In this document: piece after piece, positions 1 to 8,286 of the stretch
Layout: every line of letters starts with the position of its first letter
Numbering within the stretch: the stretch's first letter is position 1
Source of the DNA: Jatrophihabitans sp.
Lineage (GTDB): Bacteria > Actinomycetota > Actinomycetes > Mycobacteriales > Jatrophihabitantaceae
DNA length: 33,050 nucleotides
Reading direction: 5' to 3'
Assembly: GCA_004299665.1 (NCBI GenBank)
Contig: SCQZ01000389.1
Span: 1-33,050, forward strand
The notes under the pieces: model-generated
The model's database searches: none
Told to the model about the DNA's origin: nothing
Seen by the model: the letters and a program-made list of their open reading frames with translations, nothing else
Translations under genes and position numbers: made by a program

Positions 1-231
1 CGCCTCGTCGCGCGCAGCGAGGCGGTGTTCGTCGAGCCCGCCTCGGCGGCGAGCGTCGCCGGGCTGTTCAAGACCGCCGCGGACGGCCGGCTGCCCGCCG
101 GGTCGACGGTGGTGTGCACCGTCACGGGGAACGGCCTCAAGGACCCGGAGTGGGCGATCGCGGGGGCGCCGAAGCCCACGACCGTGCCCGTGGACAGTCA
201 CGCGGCGGCGGCGCACCTCGGCCTGGCATGA
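1..231 (+). CDS. thrC: Threonine synthase, C-terminal fragment (gene enters from left edge)
   Basis: Frame 1 is open from the window edge. The C-terminus ...[17 protein letters not shown]... resembles threonine synthase ends. Stop TGA 229-231 overlaps the thrB ATG (ATGA), and the gene lies directly upstream of thrB and rho as in actinobacteria. Confidence 0.8.
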   Translation, partial: RLVARSEAVFVEPASAASVAGLFKTAADGRLPAGSTVVCTVTGNGLKDPEWAIAGAPKPTTVPVDSHAAAAHLGLA

Positions 232-1130
232 ACGCGGGCGCGTCCCGGAGGGTCACGGTCCCGGCCACCAGCGCGAACCTGGGCCCGGGCTTCGACGCCC
301 TCGGTCTCGCCCTGGAGGTGCGCGACGAACTCGCCGGCGAGATCGTCGCCGCCGGGCTGTCGGTCGAGGTTCTCGGTGCGGGACAGGACCTGCCCCGCGA
401 CGAGTCGCACCTGGTGGTGCGCTCGATGCGCGCCGCCTTCGACCGGCTCGGCGGTCAGCCGCCCGGCCTGCGCCTGCGTTGCACCAACCGCATCCCGCAC
501 GGGCGCGGGCTCGGCTCGTCCGCGGCGGCGATCGTGGGCGGGATCGTGCTCGCGCGGGCACTGGTCCCGGGTGGGCGGGCCCGGCTGGACGACGCCGCGG
601 CGCTCGCCCTGGCCGCGGATCTCGAGGGTCATCCGGACAACGTCGCGGCGGCCCTGCTCGGCGGGCTGACCATCGCCTGGGCCGGGGTCGGCGCGCAGGC
701 CGTCCGGCTGTCGTGCTCGCCCGTCATCCGTCCGGTCGCGCTGGTACCGGCGTTCACCTCGTCGACGGTCGCGGCCCGCGGCCTGTTGCCGGCGCTGGTC
801 GGCCACGCCGACGCCGCGCGCAACGCCGGCCGGGCCGCCCTGCTGGTCGCCGCCCTCACCACGACGCCGCAGCACCTGCTCGCCGCGACCGAGGATCGGT
901 TGCACCAGCAGCAACGTGCGCCGGCGATGCCGGCCAGCCTCGCGCTCATGACGGCGCTGCGCGAGCGCGGCCTGCCGGCGGTGATCTCGGGCGCGGGGCC
1001 GACGGTGCTCGTCCTCGCCCGCGACGACGACGAGGTCTCGGCGGCCGCCGCTGCCGCCCCCGACGGCTGGTCGGCCGTCCGCCCCGCCGTGTCCCGGGCG
1101 GGGGCCCGGGTGGAGCGCGTCACCGGCTGA
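228..1130 (+). CDS. thrB: Homoserine kinase
   Basis: N-terminal [19 protein letters not shown] and the GHMP-kinase motif [16 protein letters not shown] are present. Start placed at ATG 228 (4-nt ATGA overlap with the thrC stop) rather than ORF-track start 114, whose extra 38 aa are R/G-rich and overlap thrC. Confidence 0.9.
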   Translation: MNAGASRRVTVPATSANLGPGFDALGLALEVRDELAGEIVAAGLSVEVLGAGQDLPRDESHLVVRSMRAAFDRLGGQPPGLRLRCTNRIPHGRGLGSSAAAIVGGIVLARALVPGGRARLDDAAALALAADLEGHPDNVAAALLGGLTIAWAGVGAQAVRLSCSPVIRPVALVPAFTSSTVAARGLLPALVGHADAARNAGRAALLVAALTTTPQHLLAATEDRLHQQQRAPAMPASLALMTALRERGLPAVISGAGPTVLVLARDDDEVSAAAAAAPDGWSAVRPAVSRAGARVERVTG

Positions 1131-1177
1131 CGGGGCGGCGCCGGGAGGGGGTGGGAACACGCCGGGGCGGTCCGGTG

Positions 1178-1206
1178 TTGCCCCTGGTGGCACGAGCGTC
1201 TAGGCT
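1178..1206 (+). promoter_or_regulatory. Candidate sigma-A type promoter for rho: TTGCCC (1178-1183), 17 nt, TAGGCT (1201-1206)
   Basis: Hexamers read directly from the sequence. The -10 fits the actinobacterial TANNNT pattern and the spacer is exactly 17 nt. It lies in the 308-nt thrB-rho spacer and would give a leader of about 225 nt. No TSS data. Confidence 0.35.
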
Positions 1207-1438
1207 CGGAGCCGTCAGATTCGGCATCCGGCGATATCGTGCCGGCGCCGGCGGCGTTCCCCAGCGACTGCCCCGCGGCGAACGCCGATGCTGATTCCAC
1301 CTTCGACGTCGAAGCGCGCGAACGCCTCGCCTCGCCGCCGGAGGGGTTGGCCGGTCCGATGATCCGGGCCGCCGTCTCCACCGGTCCGGCGCGCACCACC
1401 GGTGCCGCCGACCCACCTTCACGAAGGATTCGACACAC

Positions 1439-3256
1439 GTGACACAAACCGATGAGCAGGCCGAGCAGACTCGGCCGGCGGCACCGTCCGTCGGCAGCAC
1501 CGCGGGCACCGCGGCGGCCGGCTCCTCCCGCGCCAAGCGCGGCTCCCTCAACTCCATGCTGCTGCCCGACCTGCAGGCCCTGGCCTCCGGTATGGGGATC
1601 AGCACCACCAAGGTGAAGAAGAGCGACCTGATCGTCGCCATCCAGGCCGCACGCGGTTCCGGCGGCACGGCCGCGGCGCCGTCCGCGAGCAACGGCGCGA
1701 GCCCGGCCCGCGCGGCAGCGCGGTCCACCGACACCCCACCCGCGCAGCGCAGCGAACCGTCCGCCCGCACCGAACCCACCCCGCGCACCGAGCCCGCCGA
1801 GGGCAGCGGCGAGCCGCAGGGGGAGTCGGTCCGGCAGCGCAACGGCCGCCAGAACGCCGGCCAGCAGCCGGCACAACAGCAGGGCGGCAACCAGCAGGGC
1901 GGCAACCAGCAGGGCGGCGGCCAGCAGGGCGGCGGCCAGCAGGCCAACCAGCAGGGCGGCCAACAGCGGGTCCGGGTCGACCGCGACGACGACCTGGACG
2001 GCGACGGCGGTCGGCGCCGCGGCCGCCGTTACCGTGACCGCCGCGGGCGCAACCGCGAACGGGTGCCCGGCGCCGCTGCCGGCGGCAACGGCGACGCGGA
2101 ACCGACGATCGGCGAGGACGACGTCCTGCTGCCGGTCGCCGGGATCCTGGACTGCATCGAGGACAAGAACACCTGGTTCGTCCGCACCGGGGGGTACTTC
2201 GCCAGCCCGGAGGACGTCTACGTCGCCAACTCCTACGTGCGCCGCTTCGGGCTGCGCCGCGGGGACGCCGTCACCGGCGCCGTCCGGCAACCGCGGGACG
2301 GGGAGCGCCGCGAGAAGTACAACCCGCTGGTGCGCCTGGACACCGTCAACGGCAAGGAGCCCGAGCAGGGCAAGAGCCGCATCGAGTTCACCCGGTTGAC
2401 GCCGCTGTACCCGAACGAGCGGCTGCGGCTGGAGACCGAGCCGCACATCCTCACCACCCGCGTGATCGACCTGGTCATGCCGATCGGCAAGGGCCAGCGC
2501 GCGCTGATCGTCTCCCCGCCCAAGGCCGGCAAGACGATGGTGCTCCAGGCGATCGCCAACGCCATCGCGGTCAACAACCCCGAGGTCCACCTCATGGTCG
2601 TGCTCATCGACGAGCGGCCGGAGGAGGTCACCGACATGCAGCGCTCGGTGAAGGGCGAGGTCATCGCCTCGACCTTCGACCGGCGCCCCCAGGACCACAT
2701 CACCGTGGCCGAACTGTCGATCGAGCGCGCCAAGCGCCTGGTCGAGATGGGGCACGACGTCGTCGTGCTGCTGGACTCCATCACCCGCCTCGGCCGTGCC
2801 TACAACCTGGGCGCACCGGCGAGCGGCCGCATCCTGTCCGGCGGCGTCGACTCCACGGCGCTCTACCCACCGAAACGCTTCCTCGGAGCGGCGCGCAACA
2901 TCGAGAACGGCGGCTCGCTGACGATCCTGGCGACCGCCCTGGTCGAGACGGGCTCGGCCGGCGACACGGTGATCTTCGAGGAGTTCAAGGGCACCGGCAA
3001 CGCCGAGCTCAAGCTGGACCGCAAGATCGCCGACAAGCGGGTCTTCCCGGCCGTCGACGTGGACCAGTCCTCCACCCGCAAGGAGGAGATCCTGCTCGGC
3101 CCGGACGAGCTCGCGGTCACCATCAAGCTGCGGCGGGTGCTGCACGCCCTCGAACCGCAGCAGGCCATCGACCTGCTGCTGGACCGGCTGCGCAAGACCC
3201 GCAACAACACCGAGTTCCTCATGCAGATCGCGAAGACCACCCCCGGCGCGGACTAG
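1439..3256 (+). CDS. rho: Transcription termination factor Rho with a long actinobacterial-type insertion in the N-terminal domain
   Basis: Rho_N-like LLPDLQALASGMGISTTKVKKSDLIVAIQAA, a cold-shock-like RNA-binding segment (GILDCIEDKNTWFVRTGGY...DVYV), Walker A PPKAGKT, and RecA-type core to the C-terminus ...RLRKTRNNTEFL. GTG start with AAGGA 10 nt upstream. Confidence 0.95.
   Translation: MTQTDEQAEQTRPAAPSVGSTAGTAAAGSSRAKRGSLNSMLLPDLQALASGMGISTTKVKKSDLIVAIQAARGSGGTAAAPSASNGASPARAAARSTDTPPAQRSEPSARTEPTPRTEPAEGSGEPQGESVRQRNGRQNAGQQPAQQQGGNQQGGNQQGGGQQGGGQQANQQGGQQRVRVDRDDDLDGDGGRRRGRRYRDRRGRNRERVPGAAAGGNGDAEPTIGEDDVLLPVAGILDCIEDKNTWFVRTGGYFASPEDVYVANSYVRRFGLRRGDAVTGAVRQPRDGERREKYNPLVRLDTVNGKEPEQGKSRIEFTRLTPLYPNERLRLETEPHILTTRVIDLVMPIGKGQRALIVSPPKAGKTMVLQAIANAIAVNNPEVHLMVVLIDERPEEVTDMQRSVKGEVIASTFDRRPQDHITVAELSIERAKRLVEMGHDVVVLLDSITRLGRAYNLGAPASGRILSGGVDSTALYPPKRFLGAARNIENGGSLTILATALVETGSAGDTVIFEEFKGTGNAELKLDRKIADKRVFPAVDVDQSSTRKEEILLGPDELAVTIKLRRVLHALEPQQAIDLLLDRLRKTRNNTEFLMQIAKTTPGAD
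1877..1966 (+). repeat. In-frame 15-bp tandem repeat (cagcagggcggcaac x2, cagcagggcggcggc x2, then degenerate units) encoding (QQGGN)2(QQGGG)2QQANQQGGQQ inside rho
   Basis: Direct reading: units at 1877-1891, 1892-1906, 1907-1921 and 1922-1936, then partial units to about 1966. The 15-nt period keeps the rho frame. Confidence 0.9.
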
Positions 3257-3389
3257 CGCGCGCGGGCGCGGTATCGGCACCTCGTGCCGTTACGGCGAGA
3301 TGTCCGGACCATGACATCCGCCCCATCTGTCGATATGGTCACCTGGAGGAGCGGTCGGAGTCACCCGGCCGCGCCCCGAAGGGACGCAG

Positions 3390-4622
3390 ATGGCTGCGAT
3401 CGAACTGGACTCCGTCGGCAAGGTGTACGACGACGGCACCCGCGCCGTCACCGACCTGAACATCGACATCGCCGACGGCGAGTTCGTGGTGTTCGTCGGC
3501 CCCTCGGGCTGCGGCAAGACCACGGCGCTGCGGATGATCGCCGGCCTCGAGACGATCACCGAGGGTGAGCTGCGCATCGGGGGCCGGGTCGTCAACAACG
3601 TCCCGCCGCGTGACCGCGACGTCGCGATGGTGTTCCAGTCGTACGCGCTGTACCCCCACATGTCGGTGCGGGAGAACATCGGGTTCGGCCTGGCGCTGCG
3701 CAAGGTGCCGAAGGCGGAGCTGAACCGCCGGGTCGAGGCCGCCGCGGCCAAGCTCGGGCTGCGGGAGTACCTCGACCGCAAGCCGCGCAACCTCTCGGGC
3801 GGGCAGCGCCAGCGGGTGGCCATGGGGCGGGCGATCGTGCGCCAGCCGCAGGCCTTCCTCATGGACGAGCCGCTGTCGAACCTCGACGCCAAGCTGCGGG
3901 TGCAGATGCGGGCCGAGATCGGAACGCTGCAGCGCGACCTGCAGGTCACCACGATCTACGTCACCCACGACCAGGTCGAGGCGATGACGCTCGGCCACCG
4001 GGTCGCGGTCATCCGCAAGGGCGTGCTGCAACAGATCGCCGCGCCCCAGGACCTGTACGACCGCCCCGTCAACGTCTTCGTCGGCGGCTTCATCGGCTCG
4101 CCGTCGATGAACCTGCTGACCGCGACGCTGCGACGGGACGAGCAGGGCTACGTCGCCGACTTCGGCACGATGTCCCTGCAACTGCCGCCGGCGGTGGTGG
4201 CGGCCCGCCCGGCCCTGGCCGGGCAGGCCGGCCGCGAGGTCGTCGTCGGCATCCGTCCCGAGGACATGGACGACGGCTCCCTCGCCGGCGTGCAGCCCGG
4301 GCGCACGCTGTCCGGCGTCGTCGAACTGGTCGAACCGCTCGGGTCGGACCTCGTCGTCCACCTGACGGTCGACGCCCGCCGCCCGCAGGACCTCGAGGAC
4401 ATCGCCGAACTGGCGCAGGACAACTCCGTCGCCGGCACCGCGGGCGCATCCGACGCCGGCGGCGGCACGCTCGTGGTGGCACGCTTCAGCCCCCGCAGCA
4501 CCGTGACGATCGGGCAGCGCGTCGAGGTCGCCGTCACCACCGAACAGATCCACGTGTTCGACCTGTCGACCGGAGCGGCGGTGTGGGACGCGGGGGTCCC
4601 GGCATCCGCCGCCAGCAACTGA
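3390..4622 (+). CDS. Carbohydrate ABC transporter ATP-binding protein (MalK/UgpC/MsiK family)
   Basis: Walker A GPSGCGKTT, Q-loop MVFQSYALYPHMSV, signature LSGGQRQRVAMGRA, Walker B FLMDEPLSNLD, H-loop YVTHDQ, and a MalK-like C-terminal regulatory domain. AAGGGA lies upstream of ATG 3390. Confidence 0.9.
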   Translation: MAAIELDSVGKVYDDGTRAVTDLNIDIADGEFVVFVGPSGCGKTTALRMIAGLETITEGELRIGGRVVNNVPPRDRDVAMVFQSYALYPHMSVRENIGFGLALRKVPKAELNRRVEAAAAKLGLREYLDRKPRNLSGGQRQRVAMGRAIVRQPQAFLMDEPLSNLDAKLRVQMRAEIGTLQRDLQVTTIYVTHDQVEAMTLGHRVAVIRKGVLQQIAAPQDLYDRPVNVFVGGFIGSPSMNLLTATLRRDEQGYVADFGTMSLQLPPAVVAARPALAGQAGREVVVGIRPEDMDDGSLAGVQPGRTLSGVVELVEPLGSDLVVHLTVDARRPQDLEDIAELAQDNSVAGTAGASDAGGGTLVVARFSPRSTVTIGQRVEVAVTTEQIHVFDLSTGAAVWDAGVPASAASN

Positions 4623-4633
4623 GGAGGAAGACC

Positions 4634-5992
4634 GTGCACGCTGCCAGGAAGATCATCGCCGTCGTGGCCGTCGGTGCGGCGGCCCTGCTCTCGGCCTGCT
4701 CGTCGAGCGGGTCGGGCGGGGCCGGTGGTGCCGGCAAGAGCAGCGCCGCCAGCGGCGGGCCGTCGCTTCCGGACCTGAAGGGGACGACGTTCACCATCCT
4801 CGGTCAGTGGACCGGTGCCGAGCAGCAGGCATTCCAGGCGGTGATCGACGCCTTCGACAAGAAGACCGGCGCGACCGGTCAGTACCAGGCCGCGGCCGGC
4901 GGCAACCAGGCCGGCGTCCTGGCCACCAAGGTGCAGGGCGGCACCCCGCCGGACATCGCGATGCTGGCCCTGCCCGGGGCAATCTCGCAGTACGCGAAGG
5001 CCGGCAACGCCAAGCCGGTGGACCCCGCCGTCTCGGACGCCGTCGCCGCCAACTACGCGAAGGTGTGGACCGACCTGGCGACGGTCGACGGCAAGCTGTA
5101 CGGCGTCCCGTTCGACGCCTCGAACAAGTCCACCGTCTGGTACAACGTCAAGGCGTTCCAGAACGCCGGCATCAGCAGCCCGCCGCAGACGTGGCAGGAC
5201 TTCCTCAAGGACGGGGCCACGCTGTCGGCCTCGGGCGTGCCGGTGCCGATCTCGATCGGCGGCGGCGACGGCTGGACGCTCACGGACTGGTTCGAGAACG
5301 TCTACATCCGCACCGCCGGACTGGACGACTACGACAAGCTCACCCACCACGAGATCAAGTGGACCGATCCCACGGTGGTCGAGGCCCTGACCGTGCTCAA
5401 GCAACTGTTCGGCGACAAGACGCTCGTCGGCAACCCCGACGACGCCCTGAAGGTCAGCTTCCCGCAGTCGGTCGACAACGTCTTCAAGGCGAACCCGACC
5501 TCCGCCATCGTCTACGAGGGCAGCTTCGTGGCCACCACCATCACCGGGGACAAACTGCCGGCGAAGGTCGGCACCGACGCCAAGTTCTTCCCGTTCCCGT
5601 CGGTCAACGGCTCCAAGGCGGCGCTGGTCGGTGGCGGCGACTTCGCCGTGGCCTTCACCACCAACAAGGCGGTGCAGCCCTTCCTGCAGTTCCTCGCGTC
5701 GCCGCAGGCCGTCGAGGCGCTGCTGTCCAGCCCGGGCAGCGGGTTCTTGTCCGCGAACAAGAACGTGCCCGCGTCGGCCTACCCCGACGCGACCTCGGCC
5801 GAACTGGCCAAGCAGATCGTGGACGTCGGCGACAACTTCCGCTTCGACATGTCCGACCAGGCGCCGGCCACCTTCGGCGGCACGCCGAACCAGGGTGAGT
5901 GGGCCGACCTGCAGCAGTTCCTTCGCACCGGGGACGTCCAGGCCACGGCGGCGAAGCTCGAGCAGGACGCGAGCGCCGCCACGGGCTGGTGA
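4634..5992 (+). CDS. Carbohydrate ABC transporter substrate-binding lipoprotein (family 1 SBP)
   Basis: GTG 4634 is preceded by GAGGAGGAAG (4621-4630). Signal peptide with lipobox LLSAC followed by a G/S-rich linker. SBP_bac_1-like body. Located between the ATPase and the two permeases. ORF-track start 4583 is rejected because it overlaps the ATPase gene and lacks an SD. Confidence 0.85.
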   Translation: MHAARKIIAVVAVGAAALLSACSSSGSGGAGGAGKSSAASGGPSLPDLKGTTFTILGQWTGAEQQAFQAVIDAFDKKTGATGQYQAAAGGNQAGVLATKVQGGTPPDIAMLALPGAISQYAKAGNAKPVDPAVSDAVAANYAKVWTDLATVDGKLYGVPFDASNKSTVWYNVKAFQNAGISSPPQTWQDFLKDGATLSASGVPVPISIGGGDGWTLTDWFENVYIRTAGLDDYDKLTHHEIKWTDPTVVEALTVLKQLFGDKTLVGNPDDALKVSFPQSVDNVFKANPTSAIVYEGSFVATTITGDKLPAKVGTDAKFFPFPSVNGSKAALVGGGDFAVAFTTNKAVQPFLQFLASPQAVEALLSSPGSGFLSANKNVPASAYPDATSAELAKQIVDVGDNFRFDMSDQAPATFGGTPNQGEWADLQQFLRTGDVQATAAKLEQDASAATGW

Positions 5993-6023
5993 TCGCGGCA
6001 GGCAGGCGGGCGAGGAGGCACCG

Positions 6024-7328
6024 ATGAGTCGCGGTGCGCCGGGGGAGCGGCGCTGGCTGGCAGGTGTCTTCCTCGCACCCGCCGCCGTGCTGCTGCTCGC
6101 GATCTTGTTCTACCCGCTGGTCTACAGCCTCGTGCGCAGCCTGTTCGGCGACGGCCCCGCCGGCGGTGTCGGAGCCTTCAAGGGGCTGTCCAACTACGCC
6201 GACATCTTCACCGACGATGCGATCCTGCGCTCGGTCATCAACAACATCATCTGGGTCGTCGTCGTCCCGGCCGTGGTGACCATCCTGGGACTGATCTTCG
6301 CGGTCCTCACCGAACGGATCCGGTGGGCCACGGCCTTCAAGACGGTGCTGTTCGTGCCGATGGCGATCTCCGGTCTGGCCGTCGGCGTGACCTTCGCGCT
6401 GATCTACTCCGATTCGCCGAGCCGCGGCCTGGCCAACACCGTCACGGTCGGCATCCACGACATCTTCGCCCCCGGCACCGGATACCCGGGCGAGCACCCC
6501 CGCAACGAGGAGGTCCTCGTCGGCAGCGGCGCGCAGGGCTACACCACCAAGGACCCCGTCGCGGCCGGGTCGGTCGTGCTGCTGCCGCTGACCGGGCTGA
6601 GCCTGACCAAGCCGCCACCGGGGCTCTCGCAGGCGCGTACCCCGAACGCGTCGAGCGGGATCACCGGCGTCGTGTGGAACGACTTCCGGCTCGGCGGCGG
6701 CGGCACGATCGGCAAGGTCGACCCCGGGGAACTGGGTCTGAAGGACGTCACCGTCCAGGCCCTGCGGGACGGCACAGTGGTCGCCACGACCCAGACGGAC
6801 GCGGGCGGGGTGTTCACGTTCGCGAAGCTGACCTCCGGTCGCTACCAACTGCGGCTCCCCGCGCAGAACTTCGGCGCGCCGTACACCGGGCTGTCCTGGC
6901 TGGGGCAGCACCTGATCACCTGGGCCATCATCTTGGCCTACCTGTGGGTGTACGCCGGGTTCGCGATGGTGCTGCTGGCGGCCGGCATGGCCGCGATCCC
7001 CCGCGAGGCGCTGGAGGCGGCGCGGATCGACGGCGCGACCGAGTGGCAGGTGTTCCGCAAGATCACCGCGCCGCTGCTGGCGCCGGTGCTGCTGGTGGTC
7101 TTCGTGACGATGGTGATCAACGTCCTGAAGGTCTTCGACCTGGTCTACATCATCTCGCAGAGCGCCGGCGCCGACCAGAAGTACGCGCAGGTGCTGGCCA
7201 CCGAGCTGTACCAGTTCTACGGCAACCAGCAGTACGGCCTGGCCAGCGCCATCGGGGTCCTGCTGGTGATCCTGGTGCTGCCGGCGATGGCGTTCAACAT
7301 CCGGCGGTTCCGGAAGGACCGGGGCTGA
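6024..7328 (+). CDS. Carbohydrate ABC transporter permease (MalF/UgpA-like) with a large extracytoplasmic insertion
   Basis: ATG 6024 follows CGAGGAGGCA. Hydrophobic TM1-3, then a polar insertion of about 165 aa, then TM4 and the EAA motif EAARIDGATEWQVFRKITAPLL, then TM5-6. 434 aa, versus roughly 300 aa for typical family members. ORF-track start 5631 overlaps the SBP gene and is rejected. Confidence 0.85.
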   Translation: MSRGAPGERRWLAGVFLAPAAVLLLAILFYPLVYSLVRSLFGDGPAGGVGAFKGLSNYADIFTDDAILRSVINNIIWVVVVPAVVTILGLIFAVLTERIRWATAFKTVLFVPMAISGLAVGVTFALIYSDSPSRGLANTVTVGIHDIFAPGTGYPGEHPRNEEVLVGSGAQGYTTKDPVAAGSVVLLPLTGLSLTKPPPGLSQARTPNASSGITGVVWNDFRLGGGGTIGKVDPGELGLKDVTVQALRDGTVVATTQTDAGGVFTFAKLTSGRYQLRLPAQNFGAPYTGLSWLGQHLITWAIILAYLWVYAGFAMVLLAAGMAAIPREALEAARIDGATEWQVFRKITAPLLAPVLLVVFVTMVINVLKVFDLVYIISQSAGADQKYAQVLATELYQFYGNQQYGLASAIGVLLVILVLPAMAFNIRRFRKDRG

Positions 7329-7330
7329 TC

Positions 7331-8224
7331 ATGACCGCCACCGCCGGGTCCGACATCGTCACGGGCGCCATCAACCGTGGGCCAGCCGCGCGGATCGTCG
7401 CCCGCACCAGCGCGGGCGCGCTGCGGCTGTTCCTGCTCGTGGTCGCGCTGATCTGGCTCGTCCCCACCTTCGGGCTGCTCGTCGAGTCGCTGCGGGACCC
7501 GGCCACCTTCACCACCGGTGGCTGGTGGCAGGTCTTCACGCATCCGGCGCAGCTCACGTTCGAGAACTACTCGCAGATCCTCAAGGACGGCGCGATCACG
7601 AGTTCGTTCCTGAACACCGTGTACATCACGGTGCCGGCGACACTGCTGGTGGTGCTCATCGGCTCGGCCGCCGGATTCGCGTTCGCCTGGATCGAGTTCC
7701 CGGGGCGCGACTGGTACTTCCTCGTCGTCGTCGGCCTGCTCGTCATCCCGATCCAGATCGCCCTCATCCCCGTCGTCAAGCTGTACAGCATCCTCGGGAT
7801 CTCGGGGTCGCTGGTGTCGGTCATCTTGTTCCACGTCGCGTTCGGGCTGCCGTTCGCGATCTTCCTGCTGCGCAACTACTTCGCCGGGATACCGCGCGAC
7901 CTGATGGAGGCGGCCCGGATGGACGGCGCCAGCGAGGGCCGGATCTTCTTCCGGATCGTGCTGCCGCTCGGGCTGCCGGCGATCGCGTCCCTGGGGATCT
8001 TCCAGTTCCTGTGGGTCTGGAACGACCTGCTGGTGGCGCTGGTGTTCGCCAGCCCGTCCAACCAGCCGCTGACGGTCACCCTGGCCAACCAGACGCGCCA
8101 GTTCGGCAGCAGCATCGACATCCTCGCCCCGGGCGCCTTCTTGTCGCTCATCGTCCCGCTGATCGTCTTCCTGGCCTTCCAGCGGTTCTTCGTCCAGGGC
8201 GTGATGGCCGGGTCGGTCAAGTAG
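7331..8224 (+). CDS. Carbohydrate ABC transporter permease (MalG/UgpE-like)
   Basis: ATG 7331 lies 2 nt after the upstream permease stop. Six hydrophobic segments and the EAA motif EAARMDGASEGRIFFRIVLPLGLPA. ORF-track start 6323 lies in another frame of the previous gene. Confidence 0.9.
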   Translation: MTATAGSDIVTGAINRGPAARIVARTSAGALRLFLLVVALIWLVPTFGLLVESLRDPATFTTGGWWQVFTHPAQLTFENYSQILKDGAITSSFLNTVYITVPATLLVVLIGSAAGFAFAWIEFPGRDWYFLVVVGLLVIPIQIALIPVVKLYSILGISGSLVSVILFHVAFGLPFAIFLLRNYFAGIPRDLMEAARMDGASEGRIFFRIVLPLGLPAIASLGIFQFLWVWNDLLVALVFASPSNQPLTVTLANQTRQFGSSIDILAPGAFLSLIVPLIVFLAFQRFFVQGVMAGSVK

Positions 8225-8286
8225 GCCGGAACAAGCCGGCCGGGAACGAGCAGGCCGGGAACAAGCCGGCCCGAGCCGGTGTTTTG
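8224..8286 (+). terminator. GC hairpin cluster with a T-tract after the ABC operon (candidate intrinsic terminator)
   Basis: Two copies of GGCCGG(G)AACAAGCCGGCC (8224-8241 and 8253-8271), each self-complementary. CCGGC-ccga-GCCGG (8266-8279) is followed by TGTTTTGGGG. It starts right after the permease stop at 8222-8224. Confidence 0.4.

Noticed and set aside
1877-1966. The 15-bp repeat as a non-coding VNTR or mini-CRISPR
   Set aside because: The period is a multiple of 3 and the repeat lies in frame inside rho, encoding a Q/G/N tract. It is a coding low-complexity repeat.
629-3280. 883-aa ORF on the minus strand spanning thrB and rho
   Set aside because: It is antisense to two genes with unmistakable family motifs. 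The product is an R/A/G/P-rich low-complexity string with no recognisable domain. Long spurious antisense ORFs are expected in DNA this GC-rich because stop codons are rare.
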